This document shows positions 61,641 to 64,000 of a stretch of 64,000 nucleotides of DNA, one piece after another. A program made the translations under genes and the position numbers. Each line of letters opens with the position of its first letter. Within the stretch, counting starts at the first letter, position 1. The DNA comes from Candidatus Velthaea sp. (GTDB lineage: Bacteria > Vulcanimicrobiota > Vulcanimicrobiia > Vulcanimicrobiales > Vulcanimicrobiaceae), in NCBI GenBank assembly GCA_965214935.1, contig CBDCCS010000018.1:256001-320000 (forward strand). Direction: 5' to 3'. The notes under the pieces were generated by a model. That model made no database searches. It was given only the letters and a program-made list of their open reading frames with translations, and was not told the DNA's origin.

Positions 61641-62395
61641 ATGGCATTAGATTCGTAGGTTACCCGGGGTCGTTCGGGCTTACGGATAAGGCCGCTGTGT
61701 TTGGGCGGGATGACGTTCGGCGACGATCTTGGTTGGGCGCGTGGACGACGTCGTTGCAGCCGGAAAAGTTCGTTACATCGGTTTTTCGGAGGCGCCCGCT
61801 CGGAAGGTCGCGCAGGCGCAGATCGTCGCGCATTTCCGCGGCCGGGTGCCGTTGGTCGCGCTGCAAAGCGAATACTCGCTCATGGAACGGACGGCGGAGG
61901 GCGAACTCATCCCGATGGCCGAGGAACTCGGCATTGGTGGACTGCCTTGGAGTCCGCTCAAGATGGGTGCGCTGTCGGGTAAATACACGCGTGCAAACGG
62001 CGCGACGATGCAGGGTCATCGCGGCACGTTCGTCGGTAAGTTCAGCGAAAAACAATTTGATATTATCGACGCGCTCAACGCGGTTGCCGAACAGCTGGGC
62101 ACCGATGGCGCGACGGTCGCATTAGCTTGGGCGCGCAGCCGGCCGGCGGTAACGTCGACCGTTATCGGCGCACGAACGCTGCAGCATCTCGAAGCCAATC
62201 TGGCATCGCTCGACGTTACCTTGACGTCCGAACAAATCGCGAGCTTAGATGCCGTGTCCAAGCCGGTCTTAAATTCCCCGGCCGAATTCGATGCAAACAT
62301 TTCACCCAATTTCACACACGCCGGCGCTACCGTAAACGGCATTGCAAGCAAACGTACGGGTAAGGTTCCAACGGCAAATATGGTGCGCTGGTACG
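61641..62395 (+). pseudogene. Aldo/keto reductase pseudogene
   Basis: MALDS*VTRGRSGLRIRPLCLGGMTFGDDLGW (TAG at 61656), then a frame change near 61740 straight into DDVVAAGKVRYIGFS...QSEYSL...PWSPL. The catalytic N-terminal part is missing. Confidence 0.88.
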
Positions 62396-62596
62396 CGCGA
62401 CGGCTTGCTTCTTGCGCTGCAAAAAGAACGCGAAACGTACGACTGCATGCGCGAAAGTCGGCCCTGCACGAGCGGAAAGTCTATGGCGGGACGTTTGACG
62501 GGTTAGCGGCACGTACGGCGGTGGTAGGAAGAGCGAGTTCTTCAAACTTCACCCGCGGTACGTTAGCGTGCCGTGATTTCTAGGAGCGCCGCCGTC

Positions 62597-63394
62597 ATGC
62601 CGTCGATCGTTGTAAGCCGTTGTTGTTTGGTGCTCGGAGTCGCAGCGCTCAGCGTCTTTGGAGCGCCCCAGGTGACGCAAGCCGCAACTTCGCCCAGCAT
62701 CGTTCTGCCTGATGGATCGCTGCGTTTCGACTACGGCCGCCGCCCGGCGCCGAATCTTGTTTGCAAGCCGCATTACGTCTGTGATATCACGCTCGATGCC
62801 GGTGAGAACGTTTTGAATATGGCGATCGGCGACGCGCAGCGCTGGATCATCGCGGGCGGTCAAAGCGGTCCGAGCGGCAGCACACCGCATGTGTTCGTCA
62901 AACCAACCGCTACCGGGCTCGACACAAATCTAGTGATCACCACGACGAAGCGCGTGTACGATATCGCTTTACGCTCCGCCGACGATGCCAAGCACTCACG
63001 CATTAGTTTCTTTTATGCCGATGAAGATGCCGCGGCCAAAGCCCTTATCGCGGACCGGCAGCGTGCGGCGATCGAGACGGTGCTTGCCGGAACGCCGCAA
63101 GTTGCCGAAGCGCAAGCCGACACCAAATACAAGATCAGCGGCGAACCGGCGCTCGCGCCGGATAAAGTGTTCAACGACGGTACACGTACGTACATCGAGT
63201 GGAAGACGCTGCCCGGCGAACTACCGGCCGTCGTTGCAATTGCCAAAGACGGCTCGGCTCAGGCGATGAATTTCCGCCTTGTCGGGAATGCCTATGTCAT
63301 CGATAACGTCAATCCGGGTTTCGATCTGGTGCTCGGTGGCGGCGCCGACCACCATGGCCGCGGCGAGCGGCACTCTTCGATCCGGCACCTGTAA
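62597..63394 (+). CDS. TrbG/VirB9 family type IV secretion outer-membrane core protein
   Basis: Signal peptide, CDITLDAGE, AIGDAQRW, HVFVKP, TNLVITTTKRVY, VFNDGTRTYI, NFRL..NAYVID. AGGAG SD upstream. Confidence 0.9.
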   Translation: MPSIVVSRCCLVLGVAALSVFGAPQVTQAATSPSIVLPDGSLRFDYGRRPAPNLVCKPHYVCDITLDAGENVLNMAIGDAQRWIIAGGQSGPSGSTPHVFVKPTATGLDTNLVITTTKRVYDIALRSADDAKHSRISFFYADEDAAAKALIADRQRAAIETVLAGTPQVAEAQADTKYKISGEPALAPDKVFNDGTRTYIEWKTLPGELPAVVAIAKDGSAQAMNFRLVGNAYVIDNVNPGFDLVLGGGADHHGRGERHSSIRHL

Positions 63395-63416
63395 GACGGC
63401 ACCGGGAGCGCTGACA

Positions 63417-64000
63417 TTGCGCAATTCGAGCGACCCGGAGACGGGCGTCACCTATGTCGGCCCGCGCGCCTTTTTGATCGCGTTCGGTCTGCTCTGCAGC
63501 GTTTTTGTCGCCCTTGTTTACGGCCTCGATCGACTGAGCGAAGCTCCGCTCGCGACGGTCGCGGAGCCTCCGTCCATCGCTGCGCTGCAAAGGGTGACGT
63601 CCGCATACACATCGCCGCCGGCGATCCTTGCTGCGCCCGCGCGAATCGCCGTTGCGGTAACGAACGGTACGCATGCGGATACCGGCTCCGTTGCGAAGTT
63701 CACAACCGCCGCCGCGCTGCGACCGGCCGTCATTGGATCGCCCGCCGGCCGTGCGGTTGCGCGGGTCCACACCGCGCTGCGCCGCGCCGCGGCACGCCCC
63801 GACAACCGGCGGGCGCAGCGACCGGTCGTTGCGCGACCTGCATCGTTGCCGAATCGAACGGCAAGCGCCGTGAGATCGAGGCCGGAGCCCAAGCAGCAAG
63901 CCGTCGCCCGCGACCGGCCCGCGCGGCAGCCTCAACTCAAAGATCGCCGGCAATTATCGGCGGCGCGCAGCGTGACTGTCTCGAAGCCGCGCGTCGAAGC
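63417..64000 (+). CDS. Bitopic protein with Ala/Pro/Arg-rich stalk, probable TrbI/VirB10 N-terminus (partial)
   Basis: Not in the ORF track. TTG after GGGAG, TM (AFLIAFGLLCSVFVALVYGL), low-complexity linker open to the window edge. Sits directly after VirB9. Confidence 0.55.
   Translation, partial: MRNSSDPETGVTYVGPRAFLIAFGLLCSVFVALVYGLDRLSEAPLATVAEPPSIAALQRVTSAYTSPPAILAAPARIAVAVTNGTHADTGSVAKFTTAAALRPAVIGSPAGRAVARVHTALRRAAARPDNRRAQRPVVARPASLPNRTASAVRSRPEPKQQAVARDRPARQPQLKDRRQLSAARSVTVSKPRVE

Overview
This 64 kb window is GC-rich bacterial chromosome. A beta-barrel porin implies a diderm envelope. The gene mix resembles Ca. Eremiobacterota/Vulcanimicrobiota, but that is my inference and I have not tested it. 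Core genes include leuS, comEA, rsfS-yqeK-rimI-tsaB-tsaE, gyrA-trxA, clpB, glgC-glgA, typA, a uppS-like gene and an ECF sigma/anti-sigma pair. Accessory modules are: (1) a tandem pair of GGDEF-EAL proteins with complementary degenerate sites, one carrying a C-terminal CZB zinc-sensor domain; (2) a GGDEF-EAL gene whose N-terminal GAF is cut off by a frameshift plus a stop; (3) a HiPIP; (4) a degenerate class III cyclase; (5) a ~14 kb amino-sugar/peptide catabolic region (GlcNAc-type ABC transporter, GH20, a transporter fused to a PDZ-containing domain, SdaA, M20 dipeptidase, orphan hydantoinase/oxoprolinase); (6) an aldo/keto reductase pseudogene; (7) a VirB9/TrbG gene followed by a probable VirB10-like gene at the right edge, with no upstream T4SS genes. 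I found several small or non-canonically started genes that the ORF track misses. I recognised no rRNA, tRNA, CRISPR array, integrase or transposase. All family calls come from motif recognition by eye, not database searches.
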